DNA from: Chrysomallon squamiferum
Taxonomy: Eukaryota > Animalia > Mollusca
Reading direction: 5' to 3'
Length of the DNA: 64,000 nt
Assembly: GCA_012295275.1 (NCBI GenBank)
Contig: CM022669.1
Span: 11,036,001-11,100,000, forward strand
This document shows positions 29,364 to 43,542 of the stretch, piece by piece; the first letter of the stretch is position 1, and each line of letters begins with the position of its first letter. The notes beneath the pieces are model-generated. The model saw only the letters and a program-made list of their open reading frames with translations. It was not told where the DNA came from and searched no databases. Made by a program: the position numbers and the translations under genes.

Positions 29364-32228
29364 ATGAGTGAAAAGAATGAAAATAAAATTAAGACACTGG
29401 GAAACCAAAAATCTTCGTCAACAAATGTTGTCAGTGGTACATTAAGCAAGATTGGAAAGAGTGTGAGCTTGCCTAACAAGAAGGTGCAGGAAGAAGAAGT
29501 AGGAACACCTGATTTGAAAAAATCAAAGAATAGTTTTTCAGAACGAAATATTATTCAGCTGTTTAGAAAATTGTCTGGTCCACAACAACCTACAACAGAT
29601 GAATCAAACAAAGATGAGACACTAATCTCAAAAGTAAGTACTTGTTCTTTCGATATATTGATACACAAGGTTTGAATAAAAAATTGTTTTCGTCAACAAT
29701 CTGAATTGCACCCAATAACATTTTATGGAATTTTTAGGATCCACGGTTTCTGAGTAATTGTATAAAACAAACAACAAACACATAAACAAAAATCAATTAC
29801 AAAAACAAAAAAACCATACAAATATCACCAAGGATCAGTATGAGAAAAACTATATTTAGCAAAATAAATAAATAAATAAATAAATAAAAACAACAACAAA
29901 TAAGAAAAAAAAATAAATAAAAGGACAAAATATCTCATGCAGTCATACACATACGCGCACACGCATACATGCACACCTAAAACTACTAACAGTAAGCAAA
30001 TATTGATCTGTGTATGTATGTATATATGTATTTAAAAACTGCCTTTTAGTCGTATATTTTAAACTGAACAGGAACCTGACACAGACATTTCTGTGGACTC
30101 AGATGTAGAGAACAATACTGAAGTTTTCGGAAAAGGCAGTCGACCTTACGATATAACTCTAGGATACGTTGTGAAGTTACGGCATCTGATATCCAGATAT
30201 TACAGTAGATATAAAAAGTCAATACAAAAGTACTGTAAAATCCTCTTCATAGTTTTATACTTTGTCTACTTTATATGTGCCATTCGTTATCGATTTGGAG
30301 ATAAGGATTCTGTGACGTTGGTATCGCTGACGTGCATTGTTTCAGCTGGTCTTATTTATAGTTACCTGAAGAAAACTTTTGGGATGAGAGTTTACGAGTC
30401 CTGTGGAATTCGCATTGTAAAGTTTGTCAAGCGGCAAAAGGTAATCATTAACAGGTAAGTTGTCAGACTGATTATTGCTACTTAAGCAAACACATGGGTT
30501 ATAGGATCGGTTCTTTGTGCTTGGACTATTGGACTGTTTCCCATTCCAAATAGTGTCTCTGTCTGTTTATCAAAGATTTTTGGATGAGCTGCTTTTGGAG
30601 TTAGGACTGTGGTGGATAATCAAACTGGAACATTAAATATTAAAGTGTGATGACCTGTCTGTAAATTAGGGTTTGAAATCCGGTATTTAAATACCGGTAA
30701 ATATCGGTTTTAGTAATTGGTGGGTAATACCGTTACCGAAGCACTAGTACAGGTTTTCTAAATTTTAACGAGTTACGTTGAGAGATATATTAGTTGTTAA
30801 TATAAGATTATGTTAGTTACTCGGGTGTTGCTAGTGTGCCTTCAGATGCGAGTTCGATGCTCATCTGTTTAATATTCCACGTTTACCTGTTTGATTGCTG
30901 ATATGTGTGCCATCCTAAGTCATTTTGGCGACATTTTTTTTCCCAAGACACTAGATGTTTTGTGTTTTTTAAAGTCATACTTCTCGAGTATCGAGGAATG
31001 AATCAGAACTTCTCAAAAGTTGCAAAACATATGATGTACATTTTGGATAATAAACGTAATTTCCTTGTTTCCTTTTTATAAAATTCGCATCCACATTTCT
31101 TCTTGGTTTTTTATTGCATGTACATTTCTTATATCCCTTTTGTACCTATTTTAAGTTGTATAAAGGTTCAGTAATTTACCGGTATTGATATTATCAGTAA
31201 TTTGCAAACCCTACTGTAAATGAACATTAATTCCTTAGATATTACATTTATGCAAAAGCATACTCTAACTTTTATTACTATTTTATTATAATTATTATTA
31301 TTGGTGTTGTTGTTGTTGTTATTACTATTATTTATTTATTTTTGAATAGTGTATTTAAATACATTGTCATATATGTTCCTAAGCCTAACATATGCTATTT
31401 AATTTTGTTTGTAGGTTTATGATTGCTGCTGCACTTCTTTCTGTTGGAGGATATATTTTTATTGACAAGGTTTTTAAAAACATCAAACATGCCTTGTCTG
31501 GTGTTGGAATTATAATATACCTAGGCTTCATGTTTCTTATGTCTCACGATCCAGCAAAGGCAAGTGTCTTTCTGTTAGTCTCAACCAAAACCTTAAATTC
31601 GTAATTTTATATATAATTAAAATTTTGTATATTTATATTTATGCATACATACATACCTGTTTACATACATGTTTATATATATAAATATATACGTCCACAC
31701 ATACATATATCTTTTACGTAAATACATACATATATACATGCACACACACACACAGAAAAGTGTATGTATGGGTGAACGAATAAATATTATATAGTTTTGT
31801 GAAGATTTCTTATGAATTTATGTGCATGGTAATAAAAAAAAAAAAACAAATAATAAAAACTAAAATAAATAAATAAATAAATAAATATAAATAAAAATAA
31901 AAATAAATAAATTACTATTTATATTAATATTACAGGTAAGATGGCGGCCAGTTGTATGGGGCATTCTTTTGCAGTTTGTTTTTGCTTTGGTGGTGCTGAG
32001 GACATCCTGGGGTCAGTATGGGTCAAAATGGCTATCTGAACAAGTAATTACCTTTCTCAGTTACACTGATGCAGGAGCTAAATTTGTGTTTGGTGACTTC
32101 AAGAAACACTATTTTGCATTTCACGTAAGTGGTGGGTTTATTTAAAGTAGATTTTAATGAAAATGTAAAAACAATGTTTAAAAGCTCTCATATGGTGTTG
32201 CATGTCCAAAGAAGTGACATTTATTTGC

Positions 32229-32259
<31 letters not shown>

Positions 32260-35200
32260 TTGGTTTGTTTATTTGTTATATTTAATCTTCACTGAATTAC
32301 TTTATCTTTTGCTGCTAAAACTATGAACAATACTACCACTGCAGCCACAAAGACTACTGCCATTACTACTACTGCTGCTACTAGTACTACTATTACCATT
32401 TCTAGAATTACCATTATTGTTACTGTTACCATACTTCTACTGCTGCTGCTGTTTTTCCCATTTCTACTACTATTATTCTAATTACTAATCCTATACTATT
32501 ATTTATTGTTTTTCTACAGATCTAAAGTTTATTATCCAAAATCTGAGTAGATTTGAAAACCAATTGTTGTTTTATTTTATTTATTTATTTTATATATATA
32601 TATATTTATTTATTCATTTTGGGGGCAGGCATGTTTTAGTTTAATTAGTTCCAAATTTCAAAAATTATTTTTCTAACAGTATATCAGCATTGTAGACTAC
32701 ATTTTCTTTTTCTTCCCTAATTTTACATTTTTACATAAAATGTTTTGCACAGGTACTCCCCATCATAATTTTCTTCAGTGCAACAATATCTGTGCTCTAC
32801 TACATAGGCTGGATACAAGTTGTAATAGAGAAAATAGGTTTCTTTCTGCAGTTCAGTTTGGATACAGGAGGCCTAGAATCACTGCATGCTGCCATTAACA
32901 TTTTTGTTGGTTGGGTTAGTATTTATTATGCATTTTATACTATAATTCAGGGTATATCAAGAGGTCTGCATGGTGTTACGGGGGTAATACAGGTCAAAGT
33001 GACTGTTTTGGTTAAATAACTGGCTACTAGAATTATAGCATTGATTGGCTTGACGTTCTGATGTTGATTTTTTACCAATGAAATGTATGTGTTTGAGTGT
33101 CACACAACCAAGTTTAATAATATTAGTTTATTATTGTCTTGTGTTTGCAAGATGTCTATATATTTGTGGTCTTTATTTTCAGGGAGAAGGTGTTATGATA
33201 ATCCGTCCAGTACTGGACAAGATGTCACTGTCTGAAATCCACACAGTTATGACCAATGGTTTTGCCACAGTGGCTGGAAGCACGCTTGGAATATATCACT
33301 TGGTCTACAAGGTTCAATATTCTCCACCAAAAAAAGAAAATATGCATGTTGAAATCTTGGATAACCTTTTAGAGTGCTATTACAGTATAATCAAAAACAA
33401 CTCTGTGTTCGTCACACAATACCATGCACTGCACATGCATATCATTTTGATTGCCACATGTTACATGACTTACTGCTCTGATGACCACAAAAGTTATTTT
33501 CATGCTGTCAGCCATTAGGATATCCTCACTGAGTGCAGATCTTCAAAAAACCAGTAAAAAAAGCTTATAAAATACTGTTTGAATTTTTTTGCCTATTATA
33601 AAATGGCCATCACAGAGCAGTGTGGAGGTTTGATGTTTGGTGTAAGTGTCTTGATACGGCCAAACATTTTGGTGTAACCACACAGTTACTATGCAGAGAT
33701 TGAACAAACCTTTGCAGGCCACTTAGCCACCAGTGACCACCCTAATCCACAAATGATGTCAGCAACATCATGTATTCAAACCTATACCCACCAGACCCAG
33801 TTTCAAGCAACCACCATTCCTGACCAGCAATACCTCTTTCATGCTCAGACAGGCAAGAACCATCTGCAAGCCTACAACATCTAGCCATGCAGACCTGCTA
33901 GCAGATCTACTGTTGTTGCATGCCATCATTAACTCTGTCTGAAGTGGCAACAACAATGGAACCAATGGAGAAATATCCTATTCACTGATGAATCTTAGTT
34001 GAACTTGAACGTTACTGAAAGGCACATCAGAGTGTATCACAGATGATGTAAGGGGCACCAAGTCTGTGGTATGAAGAAAGGTGACAGGCAGATTCTTGGT
34101 GTGGGTAGCAATATTTGGGCAAGATGTAACTGATCTCTATATATTTGATGAAACTGGTGTTCACTATCAGTATGAAATCATTGCCCCCTTGTTAATTCCA
34201 CATGGTAGACCATCTAGTTAAGATGTTCCAACAAAACAGCACTCAACCACATGTTGTGTGCACAGCTTTTGTGACCCTACACCATGCGGATGTGTTTCTC
34301 TGGCCACTAGTGTCGCCGAACTCAAACCCTTAGAGCACTTGTGTGATGACTTAATGAGAAATGTCCATAAGAAAGACCAACAGACATTGACCCTTCAGCA
34401 GCTGTAGCAGGTCATTAAGCATTAACGGAGAGACATTCCAGCAGAATTTTGTGTGACACTGATGCATCAATAACAGGGATGACACACATCTTACTATCTG
34501 TAGGAGCAGTCACAATGTTGGGGACTTTCATCCTATGTCTTCTTTTAATTTTGTTTCATAGGATGGTCAAAGAACTGTTCCATTGGCAACAAACATGTGC
34601 AGTGTGTGCCTTTACTGAACACAGCCTACTCTACCTAAACGATGTGGTTTGTAATTCCATGTCTGCCATAAATGCCATCTGGTGTATGGAATAAATGATA
34701 TTGATTATATGCTACTTTTTTTTTTTTTTGGTTTAGTATAGATAATTTTATTTTTTTAAATTATCTTTCTGTTATTATTATTATTTTACTTATGTATTTA
34801 TTTATCTATTTTATTTTATTACTTCTTTTTTAATCTTTTATTTTATTTTTGTTTTATTTATTTAATTGTTTTTTGTTATATATATATATATATTTTTTTT
34901 TAATTATTATTAAGCATTTCTTCTATTAACTAGGCATATTTTAATTCAGTTTTATTTTATTACATCTTTTTTTTTCTATTTTATTTATTTTTGTTTTAAC
35001 GTTTAATTTTTTTTTTTTTTTTTTTTTGGTATATTTTTGTTATTTTTTTAAAAATTATCATTAAGCATTTCTTCTATTAACTAGGCATATTTTAATAAAA
35101 ATTTTGAAATTATTATTCTAGCAGCAAATAAACATTCTTGAAAAAATATTAAATCTCAAACAACTGAGCAATTTTTTTTTTATAATTTAAAAAAAATATA

Positions 35201-37691
35201 TATATTTTTCTTTTAATGTTTCTTTCATTCATTATTTCTTAATCTTTTGTTGTTGTTGTATTTTTTTCTTTCTTTAATAAAATAAAATTCTTTTTAAAAA
35301 AAAAAATAGATCCCTGCCAATCATTTAATAACTGCATCATTCATGTCAGCACCAGCAGCATTGGCTGTGTCCAAACTGTTTTGGCCAGATGAAGAAGACA
35401 ACAGTGAGAAGAGAAAAGCTGTCCCAGAAATACCTTGGTAATAAAAACAACAACTACAACAACAATAATAACAACAACAACAATAATAACAACTGTTGCA
35501 GTCCTGACAAAGACGCAGTAATAGTGAAGAAATTGTTTTCAGTGACAAACAGGACTGACTGAAGGCAGTGACAACTTGATCATTTAGCCCAGGTGCCACA
35601 AGAGGGCACCGCCTCATGTATTTGAGATTTTGAAAATATAAAGAGAAAAATGTTAAACTTATAAATAAAATTAAATATATGTGAAAACCTCTTGAGTGTA
35701 GTCAAATTGTCAACAATCTGATTATCAATTCTACTACTACTAGTGTTACTACTACTACTACTACTACTACTACTATTTATTTATTTACTGCATGTACATA
35801 ATAAACATCATCATCATCATCATAACTATCACTACTAAAGCTATTACCACTACTATACCAGTACTGCTACTACAACTAATACAAATATTACTACTCCTAC
35901 CACCACTACTATTACTACAGTTATTATTATTATCCTCTTACAGTATGGGCCATGGTATCATTGATGCTGCCTCTGCTGGTGCTGTGTCTGCTATCACTAT
36001 ATGCACATACATTGCTGTTAATGTGATAACGTTTCTTTCTCTTCTTGCTTTTGTCAATGCTACCTTACGCTGGTTCGGCGAGCGGGCAGGCTTAGAGAAC
36101 CTAACATTTCAGGTAAAATTAACAACTGGTCGCATTTAATTGTGCTTGAAATAATGTCCAGTTGTTAAGTGACCAGACATCTTAACTTCTAGATGTATTC
36201 TCTTCCTCCTTGTATTTCCTTTTAAGCGGCGTTTTATATTTTAATTTTTTGTTGATTTGTTATAACTATCATTTTATTTATTTATTTAATTATTTATTGT
36301 AGGGAATATATATCAGTTTAAAAGCTAGTCGTCTTTGGGAATATTATGTCGCTGTCAGATAGGAAAAAAAGTAAAATTTAAAATGTTGAATTAAATACAA
36401 ATACTTTTTCATACAAAAACACTCACATATACATATAGTATACATATCAAATTTAGTCAATTTCTTCCTTTTTAGTATGTTGTTTATTTATTTCAAATGA
36501 ATACTTCATACTCAAAATAATTATTTCTTTAAACTATTACTTTGTATCTCTAGAAGGACGAATAAATTATAAATACCCCTGAACCAATTAATTAGTTTTT
36601 GATGCTGTTTTTCAGTTTATATGCTCCTATTTGTTCTGGCCTCTGGTTTTGATCCTGGGCATCAGGCCAGAAGATTGCTACATAGTTGCACGTCTTGTGG
36701 GAACCAAAATCTTCGTAAATGAATTCCTTGCTTATTCTGATTTGGGGATTGTTAGAAGCAATCGAATTGAATTTGAGACATACAACGGAAGTTGGACAGT
36801 GTTCTCCAATCATGATGTATTTCTTCATGACAAAAACATCACTCTGTATGGTGGAATTATTGAGGTGTCAAAAGTGTTTATTAATAAATGCACAATTTTC
36901 ATTTGTTTAAGTCCATTTTAAAATTTTTTGGTGAATTTTAGATGTGTTTTTTTTCAGTGACAGTTTCTTTTGTTATTTGTTTTTGGAATTTCTTTAGAAG
37001 AGCTTGGCTAAATAATTGTTAAACTATACTCTGTGTATTAATTTCAAAATTTAATTACTTCCAAACTTAGTAATATTAGATGGAGAAGAAGAAGAATGGA
37101 AATATTGCTAAAACATTCTGTATAATTGTTTAATTTTAACTGTTAATTTTTTTTTCCAAAACAAAAGAAGGGTGAGATAATTTTTTAGATATTACAAGAT
37201 GGGTGTTTGAGAGGTGGAGTTGGGGGTGGGGGTATGTTTTTTATGCATTTTTATGTGTGTAAGATAATTATTTTCTACATGATATCTATCTATCTATCTA
37301 TCTATCTATATATTGCAGCCTCGTTCTGAGATGATTGCCACATATGCTCTGTGTGGCTTTTCTGATCTTGTAGCCTTCGCTATGATGATTGGAGCATTAA
37401 GTGCTGCAGCACCATCAAGAAAGACTGACTTCATTAAAGTTGGACCACGTGCTTTGATATCAGGAATCTGTTCCTGTTTTCTCACTGCATGCATGTCAGG
37501 TAATACATAGATATAGGACATTTATTTAATTTTTCTTCTAATGATTTGCACCTATTTAATAATCTTTTTTTTCTCTTCTTTTTTTCATTTTTTTTTTCAA
37601 TAAAAAATCTCTTTCTCTTTTCATTCTAGGCTTACTTGGAGGCAGTGGTAATGAACCAGAAAGTCTTGAGAAGCCATTGGATGTCAAATGA
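29364..37691 (+). CDS. SLC28A3: Concentrative nucleoside transporter family (SLC28A3-like), 11 exons
   Basis: Exons 29364-29633, 30072-30454, 31415-31559, 31936-32124, 32753-32914, 33183-33311, 35310-35437, 35944-36112, 36616-36864, 37319-37499, 37630-37691. Motifs VRWRPVVWG, YTDAGAKFVFG, FAFHVLPIIIFFS, SEIHTVMTNGFATVAGS, ASFMSAPAALA, GTKIFVNEFLAY, ATYALCGF. Family is secure; exact orthology and start codon are not. Confidence 0.9.
30667..31213. mobile_element. Non-autonomous hAT element in SLC28 intron 2
   Basis: TIRs TAGGGTTTGAAA ... TTTGCAAACCCTA, subterminal TACCG/CGGTA repeats, and a perfect 8-bp TSD CTGTAAAT on both sides. Confidence 0.9.
31560..31935 (+). other. GC-AG intron in SLC28
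   Basis: AAG|GCAAGT donor joins SHDPAK to VRWRPVVWG in phase 0. Confidence 0.8.
33318..34740 (+). mobile_element. Decayed Tc1-family transposon in SLC28 intron 6
   Basis: Relic transposase motifs WRNILFTDES* (~33966), FQQNSTQPH (~34226) and WPLVSPNSNP-EHL (~34301). Degenerate TIRs ta-ttctccaccaaaaaaagaaaatatgcat / atgctac(t)n-ggtttagta-ta. Confidence 0.8.
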
Positions 37692-39583
37692 AATCTGTTA
37701 AACCTGCTACTGCTGCAGATGTCAGTGTCACTAATTTAAAGCGACTCTCATTAAATGTTTTATATTTATTATACACCATGTTGTTATATGTTGTAGATAA
37801 AATTAGGACCTGAAATAACTAGTGATGTGTTTGGATTAACCTTATGAATGACATTTTGTGATCATGTGAAGCTGTTAATATGAAATAAAAAGCCATCTTG
37901 AATGAATGGGATAGGCACAAATATGAAACTATATTCCACGTGATAAACTGGGGTGAAATTGCATTACCACATTGTTTCCTTCTAAAAATATTTTTATATT
38001 TTTACGTCTGAACATAAATAATAACCAAGCAGTCATAGAGATAACATGTTTAAATTGAAAGGTAAATATTGCATCAGGCACACAGGTAGCAAGGTAGGTA
38101 GGAAGGCAGATTGGTATGAATGTGAGAGGGAGACAGATACTCAGATAGGTGTGTTCAATATATTAATTCAAGAAATGTTCTTTACATATTCTTCTGAAAT
38201 GCTTTGCTTAAGAACTATGGGGGGACAAAAATGTAATTAAAAGTTTCTGGGATAACGTGTTGCATACTAACTGTTAAAATGTTGCTAGGACACTGCAAAA
38301 GTGAATAAAATTAACAGTTTTCTGTCTCTGCTAATTGTAAACCTAAATATTACATTCATAACTGTTATTACTTTTTCTCTCTCTCTAGTAGCGAATACCT
38401 TTTTAAGCAGTACAAAATTTGTTGAATGATGTACAAGACAGAAAGTAAGTGGTCTAAGCTTTTATTTTAATTTTATTATTAGTAATAATAGTAGTTGTAA
38501 TAGTAGTAACAGGAGTAGTAGTTGTAATAGTAACAGGAGTAGTAGCAGCAATAGTTGTTATGTTACTATAATAATTCGCTGTAGCAGATGTACTCGTGGT
38601 AATAGAGAAAACCCTTGATCTGTAGCATTAGTAATGGTAGTAATAGTAGTAGTAGTGGTGGTAGTAGTGCTCTCGAGATTTAGTAGTAGTAGTCTGTTTG
38701 AGCAGAAGTCTGTGGAGGTGTATAAAAAATAAAAAAATGAAATTGACAATGTGAATGGTTTGAAGTATTCTCAGTTACGGCAGATCCCATGTCGTAATGC
38801 AGTGATCTTTCTGAGAGACACAGATTTCATTATCTCCCTTACCACATACTTCCCAAAATGCAGGAATATGCACCTGCATTCAAAATTTTAAAACAAATTT
38901 CGGGGTCATGTTCATTGATTACCCCCCTTTGGCAACTCGGGCTTTTGGGGCTTTTTTTATGCTCCCCTTGATATAAATTTCTGCCTGGATGTAGTAGTAG
39001 TAGCAGCAGTAGTAATAGTTGTAGCAGGACGGCGCTATCACTATATCAACTAAGCAGCCACCTGGAGCACAAACTTCATTGTCGTTATATATAGATGATT
39101 CATAATTGTTAGTTATAACCAATTTATTATTTTCAAAAGTAACAATTAAAGAAGCAAATAATAACCAAACAGACATAGATATAACAGTTAATACCATCAA
39201 ATTTAGACCGATTTGTCATTCGTTTTTACATGAAAGCCCATTTGTTCCAAAGCGGGGGTGGGGTGGTAATAGAGCCACTGCCTTAATAATGGATACTGTG
39301 CCCCTAATATTAATGGCTTCTTATAGTACTTATTCCTTCAATCTAAAATAAATTTAGCAGTTTCAAGTTATGTTTTATTTTTTTATTATTATTATTATTG
39401 AATTTCCTTCTGGATGCGTTTTTAAAAATCAGTTGGCATTTTTTAGGGGATGAAGATGCAAGTAATTAGCCTTGCTTATGACTCAAAATAGTCTCTGAGT
39501 TGCAGTAATAATGTTATTTCTGTGACTGTTGAAAGTTAATATTTTAATCAGTAGACTTCAAAATGTTTCCTTATCTTCCACAG

Positions 39584-40881
39584 AATCGACACATACCGGA
39601 TCGTCCCAGGCTCATGCTAAAGAAAACGATTCCTGTATGACAGCCTCTGCGTCTGACAGCCTTCCTAACATGCCCGCATCAAAAGAGTTAGGTGAAACTT
39701 CCTCCTCTCTTTTAACAAGATCGTTCACAAACCTTGAATGTGTCTTAAATAGATCATTCGCAGATTACGAGTCCATTTTAACACGAGCATTCCCTGCTTA
39801 CGGAGCGCTCTCTGAAAATTTATACACACAGCTTCAGAGATCACTGGATAGTGCAAGACAGATGTCGCCAGTCCCGTCTACCCCGAGTCAGAGCACCGTG
39901 ATAAGAACAGGTGTGCGGCATGGAATGGTTGGGGTAAAATTCCGTCCCGTTTTGAAAACCAGTTCGCTAGCAAGCTTTTTCAGCAACTGCACAATAAACG
40001 GAGATCCTCAAGGAGTGCTCTCAAGTAAAAGTGAGCAGTCGGCAATTTCCTTTTTGTCTGTTGATGTCACAGAATCGTATGTTTCACAGAAAAAAGTTGG
40101 TTGTTTCTCCGCAATGGCACAAGCTCTGAAACGGGATTCAGGCCGTACGAATAAAGAGAAATACAGCAGTGAAAAGTCGATAAAGGAATCCATTCGAGTA
40201 GAAATGGACAGGGATCCCTCGGGCAAAAGCTACAACACACCAGTGTGCTTTAGTGAAAGCTCTGAACGAGTCTTTTCGACCGTCTCTAGTTCCAGTCAGT
40301 ATAAAGTTACTGAATCTGAGTACGTTGAAATGTCTAGTCATAAATCGTCAGAAGGAACACCTTTTACAAGTTCGAACTTGGACAAATGCAGAGAAGAAAA
40401 TATTCAGTCGAAGGATGACAATCGTCCTGAATGTTCTGATTACTGCGAAGGATACAGATACAGCGCAGAGCGTGGAGAGGATGCTGACGGTGGTTCTTGT
40501 CCCGTGTTAGGAGTTTTTCTGGAGCATCTGACTGACACACATCAGCTGAGGGTTATAGTATTTGGTGATGAAAACGTAATACAGGACAAGACTGACAAAC
40601 CTGATCACTATATTGCAGTGAACATCTGTCTTAAGTCAAGGAATCGGAAAATTCTGGAAACTGTTGGAAAATTTCAAGAAAAGGTTGTGGAATTGAATGA
40701 AGAAGTTCTTTTTAACAAGGTTAAGACCAAAACGATGAAATGTTCAGAAGTACAGGTGTTTGTTATACTGACTGATGGCTATAGTAATACAGTTCCCATT
40801 GCCTCCATCAAAGCTGACTGTAGAGATTGTACTGTTGGAGATAAGAACATATTCCCCATTCCCTTGATAAAATACAATTAA
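39584..40881 (+). CDS. Ser-rich low-complexity protein with a C-terminal C2-like domain (C2CD4/synaptotagmin-like), one large exon
   Basis: 450-codon ORF; acceptor ttatcttccacag at 39583 and first ATG at 39637. The C-terminal ~125 aa (LGVFLEH..QLRVIV..PDHYIAVNI..LNEEVLF..VQVFV..IASI) has a C2 strand pattern. Confidence 0.6.
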
Positions 40882-40980
40882 CAATTCAATAAATCTAGCC
40901 ATTTTTCCAATGAGAAATGTTTTATATCAAGAGTATTGTGAATAATTATTATCTCATGATTTCGTCTTCTTCTTCTTCTT

Positions 40981-41070
<90 letters not shown>

Positions 41071-41210
41071 TTCTTAGAGTTTCTGTAAATATTAATATCT
41101 CGTCTTTAAACTGTTTTGTGAATTAATGCTGAAAGTGGAAAAATGAAAAACGTATGCAGATATTCTAACATCACATTCACGCAAAGAACAATTTATATTT
41201 ATTTATTTCC

Positions 41211-41249
<39 letters not shown>

Positions 41250-41629
41250 TATGTACATGACTACACAATTACTTCTTTAAATATAATACTTCTACGATAT
41301 CATAATTAATATAGTACTGTATATTATTTTTGTCCAGAAATAATTATTGTGAAAATTAGAAATAAAATGTTGTGAAATTACTTCTTTTTTCTTTTTTAAT
41401 ACTTCTTTATTAATAATTTGAAAAGAAAATTACTTATTTCATTATTATTATTATTGTTATGGTCTTGAATATGTAAAACATAATTTTAAATAAAGATGAA
41501 AATTGATGGAGTTTTAGTTGTAAAGAGAAAGAAAGGTGTCTGAATAAGCGAGCAAACGAAGGAGAGTGTCTGAGTTAGGGAGAAACTTTCTAGAAATCAA
41601 ATTTCTTTACGTACAGGCTACGTGTACAT

Positions 41630-41935
41630 TTTACTGTCGTTCGTCGCGCTGAAAAGCTGTAACATGTTAGTCAGCTGACCGTTACGTCACTATTCAAACA
41701 TGTCTAAAGATTTCCGAATCGATAATTTGTAATAAGAGTCTACGGTTTCTTCTTGTACTATATGTTTGTTACTTTTTATGGTGCCAGCGAAAAGAATGTA
41801 AAGCAGTAATAATTTTTAAATGAGTATACTAGCTATAATCGTTGGCAAACATTAGACAAAAATAAGATTATGGACCTATTTCTAGCGAAGAACGAGCCCT
41901 ACTCATCCGCATGTCCGTCTGAGCCGTTCTCGGGC
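41630..41935 (+). repeat. Dispersed repeat, copy 1 (copy 2 at about 53265-53602)
   Basis: Shared blocks tcagctgaccgttacgtcactatt, aatgagtatact...aatcgttggcaaaca...gacaaaaataagat, atgtccgtctgagc. Confidence 0.8.
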
Positions 41936-42170
41936 TAACGGAAAAGCGACGACGTTTCACGAAATGTTCCGAATAGTTTAATACACAGAATAGTTAATTA
42001 AACCGTCGTTGAATATCGACTGACAGAAGCAGGCGCCACCTGCTTTACTCAAGTAACGCGGTTTTTTTGGGTGTGTGTGTGTGTGTGTGTGTTTTTTAAT
42101 AAATTTGCTAGTAAGTCTTTCAGTGATACGAATACAGTCTGTTTAGGTTTATGTGTTTTATGGCTTTATA

Positions 42171-42240
<70 letters not shown>

Positions 42241-42842
42241 TTTATTTAATAATTTATTTATGTTTCTCGAAATAAATAGAATGAATGTTTTGATAAGAAA
42301 TAATTATTTCGAATATTTTCCTTCTCCATTTTATGTTGAAAATGTATTTAATGTGTTCAAATTCTATTAAAACAAATGATGGCATTAATTAACGACTTGA
42401 AACAGTTAGTCCTTAAAATAGTCACTACATTCATAGATACAATAACTATTTCTTCAGATTGTTATTATTATTATTATTTATTTTTACATTTATTGCTATT
42501 ATTTTCTTTTATGTATAGCACAGATTTAAACGTACTGTAAGAGATAAATTTATTAAGACCAGTTCAACTCAAAAGAAAAACCAAACTGTTACATACAAAC
42601 TGTTTTATTTCACAGCAGTCTATGTTCAAACGCAGTGGGGAGATTGTACTGTAACATTAACAGTGTATATTTATAACGCGTCAGCTAAACCCTTTTTTTA
42701 TCTCTCACAGTTCAAACAGGCTATTCAGATCACTAGGCAGCCATTGATACACACACAGTTATGACGTTGTGTATAAATATAAAACTTTAGTGCAGTATCG
42801 TCTGAGACAACAAATTATGTTCTAAACAAACAGCGAGTTAGA

Positions 42843-43481
42843 ATGGGTTGTACTTCTACAAGGTAATATTTGTTTAATTCATTTACAACGCTGTGAAACT
42901 TACTTTAATTTTCATTATTTTTCGATCAGTCGTAACTATAGAGTGTTGGTAGAAACGAAGCTCGATTCAAGTTTAATTTTAGAATTAAGGAAAGATAACT
43001 CGTTTGGAGACGATATAAATATGTACGAACTCTTTGCTCTCTTTTGTAAACAGTGTGAATGTCCAAACGATTAGAAAGTGAAATTAAGACGTTCTTGAAA
43101 TGTATAGCAGTTTTCTTTACAAAAAATCGAATATCTGATAGTATACAATTTGTTTTATCTGTGAGAACGCAGTGTTTCTATCCGAAATAATTTACTTCCT
43201 AGTTCTTTTCTTTATTTATTTACTTTTTCATTCTTTCCTTCGTTTTTTCTTTTCTTTTCTTTCTCTCAGTTTCTTTCTTTCATTCGTTTTTATTCTTTGT
43301 TTCTTTCATTGTTTCCTTTCTTTTTCTTTCTTTTTATTATTTCTTATTTATTTATTTATGTATTTATGCAAATCTTAGATGCCTTATACATTATGATATT
43401 ATCAAGCAAGAATGATAATATAAATAACATTATTGATAATAATGACAATATTGTTAACAAAAATGGCATCATCATGATTAC

Positions 43482-43542
<61 letters not shown>

